The notes below the pieces were generated by a model. That model did not search any database. It had not been told where the DNA came from and worked only from the letters and a program-made list of their open reading frames with translations. Source: Gammaproteobacteria bacterium (GTDB lineage: Bacteria; Pseudomonadota; Gammaproteobacteria; Eutrophobiales; Eutrophobiaceae). From it: a stretch of DNA of 64,000 nt. Location: positions 1,887,284 to 1,951,283 of the forward strand of contig CBDBDW010000002.1 of NCBI GenBank assembly GCA_965204045.1, read 5' to 3'. Position 1 is the stretch's first letter; each line of letters begins with the position of its first letter. Positions 27,842 to 36,181 of this stretch are shown here, in pieces. The translations under genes were made by a program, and so were the position numbers.

Positions 27842-29335
27842 CTACTCGCCCCCCTTATCCTGATTGGCCGGGTTATTCTGTGGTGGTTTCTCTACCATAG
27901 TGGCGGCGTTGCCGTTGAGTGCGATGTCGATGGCGGCGAGGGGATTGTAGCCCTGGCAGGCCATGGACTGCAAGTAGCTGGAGATACGGCAGTAGGCGGC
28001 GGCGTAGTCGGGGGTGCGGAAGCAGCCTGAGACTTTCTGTTTGACCTTGGCCATGCGGATATCGCGCTCGGCGCGGTTGTTGGTGAACGGCACCTCGGGG
28101 TCGCGGGCGAAGCGGAGCACTTCGGTTTCGTACTTGATAAGGGCCTCGTGCAGGTTCTCGGCATCGGATTTGGCGATGCGCCCGCGTCGTTTGGTCTGGC
28201 GGGGCGGGGGTTTGGGGAGTTCTCTTTTGGCCTGTGTGAGGAGGGTGCGGTAGCGTGTGCGCACGGCCTTGTAGTCGGGCTCGCTGAGCGCCTTGTCGGG
28301 GTGTTCACGCACCTGTCGGCAGGTCTTGAGCAGGAGTGTTCCCATGCGCCTGGCCCAGGCATGGCCGTGGGCCTCTTCGATGAAGCGGAGGTCGCGTAGC
28401 AGGTGGCTGCCGCACAGGGCATGCTCGCAGTTGTCATAGGCAAAGTAGCTGGCCCAGCGGTCGTGGACGAGGACGCCGCGGTAGCGGGGGATGATGTTTA
28501 ACTCATCGATGGCGTCGCGCCCGCGCTGTCGATGGACACACTTCAGCGTCAGGTGGCCGGCGCTGACGCTGTGCAGCCAGTGGGTCTTACGACCGATGCG
28601 CAGGCCGGTTTCGTCCGCGTGCAGCACGGGCTCGGCGAGCAGGCGTGTCACCGCGGCGGTCTCCCACCCGGCCAGGGCCTCGTGCAGGCGTGTGAGCCAG
28701 GCCAGCAGGGTGGCCTCGGCGAGTGTGCGTCCGGTCAGCGCCGCGAGGGTCTGTGCGGTGCGCCGGAGCGAGAGCATCTGGGCAGTCAGCAGGTGGGTGG
28801 CGAACGCCACGATACCGTGGCCGTACTGCAAGGGCCCCGGCATGTCCTCGGGGAACCGGCCGCGGGTCTCGGTACGACAACGCGGACAGGTCTTGACCTC
28901 GGCCTCGACCGTCAACTCACGCGTCTCGAAGACGATATCGACCTGCACGCGCCGCTCGTGCTCGTGCGGACTGACGTTGGTGAGTGCGTGTCCGCAGGCC
29001 CGGCACTCGGTGACCGGCGCGGTGCGCGTCTCAACCACCAGACGGTTGGCGCTGCCGTGGGCGGCGCCCGCCCGCGGGCCCTTGCCTTTGGCGCCAGGGC
29101 GCCCGCGCGCAGTCTCGTCCGTGCCAGTCCGGGAACTCGGCAGGCCGGAGTTCTGTGACCCCTTCGGCGTGGTCCTCTCCATGAACACCGCCAGCAGCAA
29201 CTCGAACAACAGCAGCATCGCCTCAAACAGGGCGCGGCCCTCGGGGGTCATCCTGCCGTCCGCGCACAGCGTCGCAAAGCGCGCCTTCAAGGCCTCGAAC
29301 TCCGTGCGCAACGAGGCTTTGTTTACCGTTGCCAT
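27842..29335 (-). CDS. IS66 family transposase (TnpC-type DDE)
   Basis: 497 aa. Zn-finger 'CRACGH...CPRC', 'HADETGLRI', 'CGSHLLRDL' and 'TNNRAERDIR'. The stop codon lies inside the left TIR. Confidence 0.85.
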   Translation of the reverse strand: MATVNKASLRTEFEALKARFATLCADGRMTPEGRALFEAMLLLFELLLAVFMERTTPKGSQNSGLPSSRTGTDETARGRPGAKGKGPRAGAAHGSANRLVVETRTAPVTECRACGHALTNVSPHEHERRVQVDIVFETRELTVEAEVKTCPRCRTETRGRFPEDMPGPLQYGHGIVAFATHLLTAQMLSLRRTAQTLAALTGRTLAEATLLAWLTRLHEALAGWETAAVTRLLAEPVLHADETGLRIGRKTHWLHSVSAGHLTLKCVHRQRGRDAIDELNIIPRYRGVLVHDRWASYFAYDNCEHALCGSHLLRDLRFIEEAHGHAWARRMGTLLLKTCRQVREHPDKALSEPDYKAVRTRYRTLLTQAKRELPKPPPRQTKRRGRIAKSDAENLHEALIKYETEVLRFARDPEVPFTNNRAERDIRMAKVKQKVSGCFRTPDYAAAYCRISSYLQSMACQGYNPLAAIDIALNGNAATMVEKPPQNNPANQDKGGE

Positions 29336-29339
29336 GGCC

Positions 29340-30017
29340 TCACTCCACTTCCACCGCCATCATCGCCGCCAACACCGCCAGGCGCTCCGCCGCCGGCAGC
29401 GCCCGGTAACGCCGGCCCCAGTTCGCCGCCTTGCGCTTGACCTGCTGGCGATGGGTGAAGTTGCGCCCCGCATACCCGGCCCAGAACACCCGGTCCGGCT
29501 CGAAGTTGAACCACACCCGCTCGGTCACCACCCCCGCCTGGTTCATCACCTGTAACGACACACGGCGCCAGCCCGACAGCCGCTCGTCATACAACGCCGA
29601 CGGATAGCCCGACACCATCACCGCACAGGGCAACCGCTTGAGCAGCGCCAGCAATGCCTCGTGGTCACCCTCGTCATAATCATGACGGTAACGCCGACCC
29701 GACTTGCGCGTGCTGTGCAAATATGGCGGGTCGCTGTATACCAACTCCGTGCCGTCAAACGGAAAATCCGCCAGAAACCGGTGGCAACAACCGTGTACCA
29801 GTTCCACCGGATAATCGCACTCAAACGCCGACAGCGCCCGCCCATCGATGTCAATCCCGATGTTGCGCAGCGCCGCCGGCTTGCGCCGCATGATGGCCCC
29901 GCCGCCCAGGTGCGTCTCAATGTACACACTGTGCGGCGGCATCAGCGCAATCAACGGCTGGCACAGCCCCGTCGTTGCTTTCGAACCGAGATACGCATTC
30001 CCCATGGCGCCTACCAT
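29340..30017 (-). CDS. D12-class N6-adenine DNA methyltransferase (Dam-like)
   Basis: 225 aa. 'YLGSK', AdoMet motif 'YIETHLGGGAIM' and catalytic 'VYSDPPY'. It ends 4 nt before the transposase ATG. Confidence 0.75.
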   Translation of the reverse strand: MVGAMGNAYLGSKATTGLCQPLIALMPPHSVYIETHLGGGAIMRRKPAALRNIGIDIDGRALSAFECDYPVELVHGCCHRFLADFPFDGTELVYSDPPYLHSTRKSGRRYRHDYDEGDHEALLALLKRLPCAVMVSGYPSALYDERLSGWRRVSLQVMNQAGVVTERVWFNFEPDRVFWAGYAGRNFTHRQQVKRKAANWGRRYRALPAAERLAVLAAMMAVEVE

Positions 30018-30105
30018 AGCGCCACAAAACTATTGTGTCAAGCGCTCCTTGCCTGCAAATTCAGGTAGAATTATCGGGTAGGGGGTGAGTAGTTACGGAG
30101 TAATT

Positions 30106-30474
30106 ATGATTGGTTATGTAACAATTGGTACTAACGACCTGGAGCGCGCAGCCGCCTACTACGATGCATTACTTGGAGAAATTGGTGCAGCAAGAGCGCT
30201 TGAACTTGAACGTCTGGTTACCTGGAGTTCCGGCGAGGGCTCGCCTTTATTTGGTGTAATCGAGCCGTTTGACGGGAATCCTGCAACACCGGGTAATGGC
30301 GCGATGGTCGCCCTGGCAGTGGACAGCAAAGAAGCGGTGGATAGATTGTACGAGAAGGCCCTGGAACTGGGAGGCACAGATGAAGGTGCGCCTGGAGAGC
30401 GCATGCCGGGTTTTTATGCCGCTTATTTTCGAGACCTCGACGGAAACAAGCTCGATTTTTTCCATATGGGTTGA
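30106..30474 (+). CDS. VOC/glyoxalase family protein
   Basis: 'MIGYVTIGTNDLERAAAYY...YFRDLDGNKLDFF'. I prefer the ATG at 30106 with GGAG (30097-30100) over the track's GTG at 30085, which lies inside the IS TIR. Confidence 0.75.
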   Translation: MIGYVTIGTNDLERAAAYYDALLGEIGAARALELERLVTWSSGEGSPLFGVIEPFDGNPATPGNGAMVALAVDSKEAVDRLYEKALELGGTDEGAPGERMPGFYAAYFRDLDGNKLDFFHMG

Positions 30475-30648
30475 ATTATCCGGGTTTTTGATACCGGCGC
30501 ATCTACCAATTCCGTCACACCCCATTAAACCCGGAGAGACGGAGTGTTCTGCAAGGTCTGAGTCACTGTCCGGCGCCTTTTCAGTTTCTGGCCCTGCCGT
30601 TTGGTGCGCTCGGAAGAGTGCAGTTACCCTGACGGGTCAGGATAAAAA

Positions 30649-32268
30649 ATGAATCTTGCCGAGCAGTTACTCAAGGCCTTGCAAGGATACGGGGTAAAAG
30701 AGATTTTCGGCATCCCCGGTGATTTTGCCTTACCACTGTTCAAGGTAATCGAAGAAAGCGGCATCCTGCCGCTGTATACTCTGAGCCATGAGCCTGCAGT
30801 GGGGTTTGCCGCCGATGCCGCGGCGCGCTTTCATTCCAAACCCTCGGTAGCGGCGGTTACCTACGGGGCCGGGGCGCTCAACATGGTCAATCCCATTGCC
30901 GCGGCGTACGCGGAAAAATCGCCGGTCATCGTCATATCCGGTGGTCCGGGGATGGCGGACAAGTCCACCGGCCTGTTGGTGCACCACCAGGCCAAGCAAC
31001 TCCATTCACAGGTGCAGGTGTACAGAGAGGTGACCTGCGACCAGGTGATCCTGGAAGATACGGTGCAGGCGCCGGAGCAGATCGCCAGGGCGCTCAGGAA
31101 CTGTATTATCGAATCCCGCCCCGTTTACATCGAAGTGCCCAGGGACCAGGTGTTCGAACCCTGTGACCCAGTGTCCGTACTGCCGCTGACCAGTGACTGT
31201 GATTCCGATGCCCTGGACGCCTGCACTGGTGAGATCATTGAAGCCCTGGGACGGGCGCGTTCCCCGGTGCTCATGGTTGGGGTGGAAAGCCGCCGTTACG
31301 GGCTGGAACAGGAGGTTGCCCGGTTGAGCCGCAAACTGGGCATACCGGTCGTCACCACGTTCATGGGCAAGGGTCTGCTGGCGGGACAGCCCGTGGACCT
31401 CAGGGGCACGTATATGGGAATTGCCGGGGAACAGTCCCTGACCGACCTGGTCGAGTCCTCCGACGGCCTGTTCCTGTTGGGCGTATTGTTGTCCGATACC
31501 AATTTCGGCATTTCTGAGAAAAAGATCGACCTGAGGAAGACCGTGCTGGCCTGCGACGGCTCGGTGTCCCTGGGCTTCCACGTGTATCCGAACATCCCGT
31601 TGCAGGAACTGGTGCTGGCCCTGAACGGCAAACTGCCGGACCGGCCGCAGCGCGAGGGAGCCCGGTTTGAACATCCGAAGGGCCTGGCATTGACGGATGA
31701 TCCCATCACCCCGACCGATATCGCCACCGCGGTAAATGACATGTTCCACAGCTACGGCGCAATGCCCATCGCATCAGACATGGGTGACTGCCTGTTTACC
31801 GCCATGGACATGGAATACACCGAACTGGTGGCGCCGGGTTATTACGCCACCATGGGCTACGGCGTGCCGTCCGGCCTGGGGGTGCAGGCCGCCACGGGCC
31901 GCCGGCCTCTCATCCTGGTGGGGGACGGGGCATTCCAGATGACAGGGATGGAACTGCTCAACTGCCGGCGCTACGGCTGGAACCCCATCGTGCTGGTATT
32001 CAACAACAGCAGTTGGGAGATGCTGCGAGCGTTTCAACCGGAATCCGCGTTCAACGACCTGGACAAGCTGGACTACGCCGCCCTGGCCGACAACCTGGGA
32101 GGCCGCGGCCACTCGGCCGGCACGAAAAAAGAGTTGCACACCGCCCTGGAACAGGCTTTCGAGGATGACTCCTGCTTCCAACTGATCGACATCAGCCTGG
32201 CGCGCGGCCTCATGTCCAACACCCTGAGCCGGTTCGTGGCGGGCTTCAAGCAGATGCGGGATGGATGA
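30649..32268 (+). CDS. Thiamine-diphosphate-dependent alpha-keto acid decarboxylase (indolepyruvate/phenylpyruvate decarboxylase-like)
   Basis: 539 aa. N-terminal 'GIPGDFALPLF' and ThDP motif 'GDGAFQMTGMELLNCRRYGWNPIVLVFNN'. Confidence 0.8.
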   Translation: MNLAEQLLKALQGYGVKEIFGIPGDFALPLFKVIEESGILPLYTLSHEPAVGFAADAAARFHSKPSVAAVTYGAGALNMVNPIAAAYAEKSPVIVISGGPGMADKSTGLLVHHQAKQLHSQVQVYREVTCDQVILEDTVQAPEQIARALRNCIIESRPVYIEVPRDQVFEPCDPVSVLPLTSDCDSDALDACTGEIIEALGRARSPVLMVGVESRRYGLEQEVARLSRKLGIPVVTTFMGKGLLAGQPVDLRGTYMGIAGEQSLTDLVESSDGLFLLGVLLSDTNFGISEKKIDLRKTVLACDGSVSLGFHVYPNIPLQELVLALNGKLPDRPQREGARFEHPKGLALTDDPITPTDIATAVNDMFHSYGAMPIASDMGDCLFTAMDMEYTELVAPGYYATMGYGVPSGLGVQAATGRRPLILVGDGAFQMTGMELLNCRRYGWNPIVLVFNNSSWEMLRAFQPESAFNDLDKLDYAALADNLGGRGHSAGTKKELHTALEQAFEDDSCFQLIDISLARGLMSNTLSRFVAGFKQMRDG

Positions 32269-32309
32269 GGCATAATATCTACAGGTTCTCAACCTGATAA
32301 GAGGTCACC

Positions 32310-32735
32310 ATGAAAGCCCGCGGCAGTTGCCTGTGCGGAAAAATCCGCTACGAAGTGAACACCACGTCCGATGATATCGATCATTGCCACTGTACCTTCT
32401 GCCAGAAATACCACGGCGCCGCGTTCGGCACTTATATCGAACCTGTGGCCCCGAAGCATTTCAACTGGCTGGAAGGCGAGGAATTGGTCGCCCGCTACCA
32501 GTCCAGCTCCCATTCCGCCAGGCTGTTCTGCAGCGTGTGCGGCTCCGCGCTGGTCGCGGAGATCAACGGCGGCGAGGTGCTGGCCGCCACTGCCGCCACC
32601 CTGGACGGGGAGGTTGAAATCGGGCATGCCGCACACATGTTCTGGCCGTCAAAGGCAAGCTGGTGCGAGGTCAACGACGACCTGCCGAAATATGATACCT
32701 ATCCGCCAAGTATGAGTGAATTTACCCCGGAATGA
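32310..32735 (+). CDS. GFA (glutathione-dependent formaldehyde-activating / CENP-V-like) family protein
   Basis: 141 aa. Cys clusters 'CLCGKIRY' and 'HCHCTFCQKYHGAAF'. Confidence 0.75.
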   Translation: MKARGSCLCGKIRYEVNTTSDDIDHCHCTFCQKYHGAAFGTYIEPVAPKHFNWLEGEELVARYQSSSHSARLFCSVCGSALVAEINGGEVLAATAATLDGEVEIGHAAHMFWPSKASWCEVNDDLPKYDTYPPSMSEFTPE

Positions 32736-33652
32736 CGGAGGCTCGGATTAACCGGGATATGCCGCTGGCAGCCCGCGTTTCAGGAACTGTCCATCGCACC
32801 GGCCTGGTGTCGGCGCTCGTTGCCGGCTTCGTACTGACGTTCGGCGCAGGCGCGCAAGACGATCAGCCGGCCAAGTTTGCCTTCAGTGCAATCGATGCGC
32901 CGACGACCGCTTCGCCCGTTCCGCACGGCGGTTATGCCGCAGGGTGTCTGGCAGGAGCGGCACGGCTTCCCGAAACAGGTCCCGGCTGGCAGGCGATGCG
33001 CCTGTCCCGCAACCGTAACTGGGGCCATCCGGAAATGATCGCATTCATCGAACGGCTGTCACGCGCGGCCCAGGCCGCAGGCTGGCCCGGCCTCTACGTG
33101 GGGGACATCAGCCATCCGCGCGGCGGGCCCATGGTCTCCAGCCACCGTTCACACCAGATCGGACTGGACGCCGACATCTGGCTGCGCCCGCCGGACAACC
33201 TTGAATTGAGCGCGGCGGATCGGGAGAAGCTCAGTTCCCCATCCATGGTAGCGGCAGACCGGCTGACGGTGAACAACGCCTGGACCGGCACCCATTCCGA
33301 GGTCATCAAGGCCGCGGCGCGTGACGAGGCCGTTGCCCGCATCTTCGTGAACGCGGCGATCAAGCGACGCCTGTGCTGGGACCGGACGGAGGAAGATGCC
33401 GACTGGCTGCGCAAGGTGCGCCCGTGGTGGGGTCACGACTCCCATTTTCACGTACGCCTGCATTGCCCGGAAACAGGCGCGTGCCTCGACCAGGAACCGC
33501 CTCCCGAAGGCGATGGCTGCAACGAGGAACTGGAATGGTGGTTCACCGATGAAGCGCTGTATCCGCCGCCGCGGGATCCGGAAGATCAACCTCCTGAAAT
33601 TATGATGGCTGATTTGCCGGCCGCGTGTCGGGGAGTGCTGGAAGATAAGTAA
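32732..33652 (+). CDS. mepA: Penicillin-insensitive murein endopeptidase (peptidase M74)
   Basis: 306 aa. 'HRSHQIGLDADIWL' and 'WWGHDSHFHVRLHCP'. Confidence 0.8.
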   Translation: MTEARINRDMPLAARVSGTVHRTGLVSALVAGFVLTFGAGAQDDQPAKFAFSAIDAPTTASPVPHGGYAAGCLAGAARLPETGPGWQAMRLSRNRNWGHPEMIAFIERLSRAAQAAGWPGLYVGDISHPRGGPMVSSHRSHQIGLDADIWLRPPDNLELSAADREKLSSPSMVAADRLTVNNAWTGTHSEVIKAAARDEAVARIFVNAAIKRRLCWDRTEEDADWLRKVRPWWGHDSHFHVRLHCPETGACLDQEPPPEGDGCNEELEWWFTDEALYPPPRDPEDQPPEIMMADLPAACRGVLEDK

Positions 33653-33668
33653 AAGAATCTGTTAAGAC

Positions 33669-33716
33669 TTGACATCGACAAAAAAATGTCTTATGTTGCA
33701 TTTAACAAATATTTGT
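33669..33716 (+). promoter_or_regulatory. Candidate sigma70 promoter plus 12-bp palindrome at the entrance of island 1
   Basis: TTGACA (33669-33674), a 17-nt spacer and TATGTT (33692-33697). A perfect palindrome ACAAATATTTGT (33705-33716) sits upstream of the ATPase gene at 33761. Confidence 0.45.
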
Positions 33717-33760
33717 AACACGTTATTTTCGTAAATAGGTATTATTTTTGTCGTAAAGCC

Positions 33761-34975
33761 ATGCTAAGGAAGATATCAATCGAAAATTTCTTTTCGATTA
33801 AGGACAAACAGGTTCTTGACCTTGCTGTGCCCAGCAATGCGCCGGATTCTCCCTGCTTCGCCATTAATAAGGAAATATCCGCTACCAGGATTCCCAAGGT
33901 AGTTTCAATTTTTGGCGCAAATGCTTCAGGTAAGACGACCGTATTGCGAGCGTTGGGATTTTTAAAGTGGTTTTTGACCGAATCGTTTAATCTGACACCT
34001 ACAAATACTTTACACCTGATGCCGTTCCTCGATTTAGAGGCCAAGCATAGTATTTCACGATTTGAAGTTGAATTCGACAGCGATTTGATAGAGGCAGGAA
34101 AGTCTTGTATTTATCGATACAGCCTGGAGATACGACACGATCCCGGCAATAAAACTCTACTCCAATCAGAAGCCAGGCCTGTTGTTGAGTCAGAAGGCTT
34201 GTATTTTGCGCCGGAAGGTAAATTCCGCAGGTTGTTCTATCGTGAAAGGGAACAAATAAAGGATTCCCCCGAATTTAAAGTCAAAGTAAAAGATTATCCG
34301 CTTCAAACCTTTCGGGATAATGCCAGTGTCATACCCACACTGGTTCCATACAACCATGCAGTCTCGAATGCTTTCACTTCGGTATTAAATTCAATTTTCA
34401 CAAATATATCTACACTGCAAAAAAATGATTTTGATGAGAATCTGATCACTAAATTTTATGCATCAAACGAGGATGTGCTCAAAAAACTGAACAGTAAATT
34501 ACGAATGCTGGATTTGGGCATCGATAATGTTTTCATCAGTACAATTTATAACCATGTACCAGAGCCTGTTTTCAAACATTCCGGGTTAAATTGTGAAGTG
34601 CCATACATTTTGGAATCGCAGGGCACACAAAAGTTTTTTACGCTGTTTCCCTATATTGACCATGTGCTTGAATCAGGAGGATTACTGGTTCTTGATGAAA
34701 TAGACAATGACGTTCACCCGGCCCTGATGCCGGAAATCATCGGCTGGTTCCACGATGAACGAACCAATCCCCATAACGCCCAATTAATTATGGCATGCCA
34801 CAACGCATCTTTACTGGAGCATCTGGAAAAAGAGGAAATCTATTTCACTGAGAAAACTCTTGACGGCAGAACCCAGGTTTACGGGTTAAAAAATATCTCC
34901 GGAGTCAGAAGAGTAGACAACTACTATAAAAAGTACCTGGGCGGTGTATTCGGCGCCGTGCCGAATATCGGTTGA
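33761..34975 (+). CDS. ABC/SMC-like AAA ATPase (AAA_15/21 type), AbiLi-like
   Basis: 404 aa. 'ISIENFFSIKD', Walker A 'GANASGKTT', signature-like 'ESQGTQKFF', Walker B 'LLVLDEIDNDVHP' and 'MACHNASLL'. Confidence 0.8.
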   Translation: MLRKISIENFFSIKDKQVLDLAVPSNAPDSPCFAINKEISATRIPKVVSIFGANASGKTTVLRALGFLKWFLTESFNLTPTNTLHLMPFLDLEAKHSISRFEVEFDSDLIEAGKSCIYRYSLEIRHDPGNKTLLQSEARPVVESEGLYFAPEGKFRRLFYREREQIKDSPEFKVKVKDYPLQTFRDNASVIPTLVPYNHAVSNAFTSVLNSIFTNISTLQKNDFDENLITKFYASNEDVLKKLNSKLRMLDLGIDNVFISTIYNHVPEPVFKHSGLNCEVPYILESQGTQKFFTLFPYIDHVLESGGLLVLDEIDNDVHPALMPEIIGWFHDERTNPHNAQLIMACHNASLLEHLEKEEIYFTEKTLDGRTQVYGLKNISGVRRVDNYYKKYLGGVFGAVPNIG

Positions 34976-34987
34976 GGTTTGTTACCA

Positions 34988-35557
34988 ATGCAGGGAAGAA
35001 AGACGCGAAAAAGGATTTTCCTGGGATCCGAAGGTATCAGCGAAAGAAATTACGGGCAGTACCTACGGCTCATTGCAGAAAAGTATAATTTACCGATTCA
35101 CATTGATTGCAACTATGTGACCGGTGGTGGCGACCCGTTAAAGGTGGTCGAGGAATCGAACAAGCTGATGGAAAGGAACTCAAGAAACCACGGAGACTAC
35201 CTGGTAAAGGCCATAATGCTGGATGCGGATAAATTGGGCCGTTCTAATGACAGGGATAACAGGATAAGACCGTTGGTTTCAAGCGGAAAAATTAAGCTGC
35301 TCTATAGCTCCCCGAATTTCGAGGCATTCCTGTTGAGGCATTTCCCCGGATATGAGAATAAAAAACCTCCAGCCAATGCGTCATTATCCGAACTGGAAAA
35401 GGTCTGGCCTGGCTATTCAAAAGGAATTGATGCCAAGTCTATTTTTAAAGAAGTGGGGGAAGACGGCCTTTTGAGGGCTTGTACGGTAGAAGACAGCTTG
35501 AGAGATTTTTTAATCAGTATAGGTTTTGGCCGTATCTTTCCTGACCTGAGGAAATGA
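34988..35557 (+). CDS. RloB-like (TOPRIM-related) protein, AbiLii-like
   Basis: 'IFLGSEGISERNY' and 'LYSSPNFEAFLLRHF' match the RloB pattern (xEGxxTExxY ... SNPCFElW). The ATG at 34988 has GAGG 10 nt upstream. The track's TTG at 34979 lacks RBS spacing. Confidence 0.7.
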   Translation: MQGRKTRKRIFLGSEGISERNYGQYLRLIAEKYNLPIHIDCNYVTGGGDPLKVVEESNKLMERNSRNHGDYLVKAIMLDADKLGRSNDRDNRIRPLVSSGKIKLLYSSPNFEAFLLRHFPGYENKKPPANASLSELEKVWPGYSKGIDAKSIFKEVGEDGLLRACTVEDSLRDFLISIGFGRIFPDLRK

Positions 35558-35601
35558 GCTATGGCTCGATGGAACTTTTCCGTGCACTTTCCCACACTCT
35601 A

Positions 35602-35841
35602 TCAGTCAAGTCCCCTTTCACATTCTTCAAGGCCGGTCTCCATCCCCTCGATGATGGACTCCCGCATACCGGGGCTCGAAATCAGGTAGAGAGTCTCATT
35701 GATGGCATTCCAGTCCTCCTCCGCGAGAAGTACTGCATTGTTCCTTTTCCCGGTAATAACAATCGGTTTATGGGTTTGAGATGCTTCTTCAATCAGTTTA
35801 TCTAACCTGGAACGAGCTTCTGTTGCATCAACTATGACCAT
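35602..35841 (-). CDS. Phd/YefM family antitoxin (no cognate toxin gene adjacent)
   Basis: 79 aa. 'VDATEARSRLDKLIEEASQTHKPIVITGKRNNAVLLAEEDWNAINETLYL'. Confidence 0.8.
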   Translation of the reverse strand: MVIVDATEARSRLDKLIEEASQTHKPIVITGKRNNAVLLAEEDWNAINETLYLISSPGMRESIIEGMETGLEECERGLD

Positions 35842-35859
35842 GGCACACCTCCGTTATTA

Positions 35860-35879
35860 TAACGTACTTTTAACGTACT
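35860..35879. promoter_or_regulatory. Direct repeat TAACGTACT x2 upstream of yefM-like gene (possible operator)
   Basis: TAACGTACT at 35860-35868 and 35871-35879, 19 nt upstream of the antitoxin start. Confidence 0.35.
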
Positions 35880-35947
35880 GGATGTCAAGGGAAGAGGTTT
35901 GTTCTTGAATCAAGCCTATTGATTGTAATAGCATTAATTCATAACTT

Positions 35948-36175
35948 ATGAATTCGAAAACCAACGTGAACGAAGACTCAACAGATCGGGATTTTGACCC
36001 GGACACTGCTCCCGACCTATCAAAGGACGGCTGGCCGGAGAAGTTTGCCTCCCTTCAGGTGGCGATTACAAAAGGCGTTGAGAGCGGGCAAACCGGGGAG
36101 CTTGATATGGAATCTGTCAAACAGAAAGCCAGACAGTTGGCGGGCACCAAAATTCCTGATACCCCGGATACTTAA
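35948..36175 (+). CDS. Small hypothetical protein with ParD-like C-terminal tail (possible TA remnant)
   Basis: 75 aa. 'LQVAITKGVESGQTGELDMESVKQKARQ' resembles ParD C-termini, and the N-terminal 'DFDPDTAPDLSKDGW' is BrnA-like. There is no RHH domain and no toxin downstream. Confidence 0.3.
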   Translation: MNSKTNVNEDSTDRDFDPDTAPDLSKDGWPEKFASLQVAITKGVESGQTGELDMESVKQKARQLAGTKIPDTPDT

Positions 36176-36181
36176 TGCTGC

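Larger units (their letters stand above)
27838..30096 (-). mobile_element. IS66-family insertion sequence carrying a DNA methyltransferase instead of tnpA/tnpB
   Basis: TIRs are GTAACTACTCGCCCCC (27838-27853) and GGGGGTGAGTAGTTAC (30081-30096). It has two coupled minus-strand ORFs and is visibly GC-richer than its flanks. Confidence 0.85.

Noticed and set aside
28491-29555. 354-aa plus-strand ORF (plus 28532..29158 and other nested ORFs) across the IS66 element
   Set aside because: It is antisense to the well-supported transposase. The composition is Ser/Arg/Ala-rich and low in complexity, typical of shadow ORFs in GC-rich DNA. It has no motifs.
30085-30105. GTG start at 30085 for the VOC gene, as in the ORF track
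   Set aside because: It lies inside the IS66 right TIR. The ATG at 30106 has a correctly spaced GGAG and matches the usual VOC N-terminus.
33653-33760. tRNA gene, att site or integrase at the borders of islands 1 and 2 (also 43255-43604, 46619-46677 and 57878-58011)
   Set aside because: I looked for cloverleaf-like sequence, direct repeats shared by both borders, and tyrosine or serine recombinase ORFs. None was found by eye. A tRNAscan or repeat search would be more decisive.
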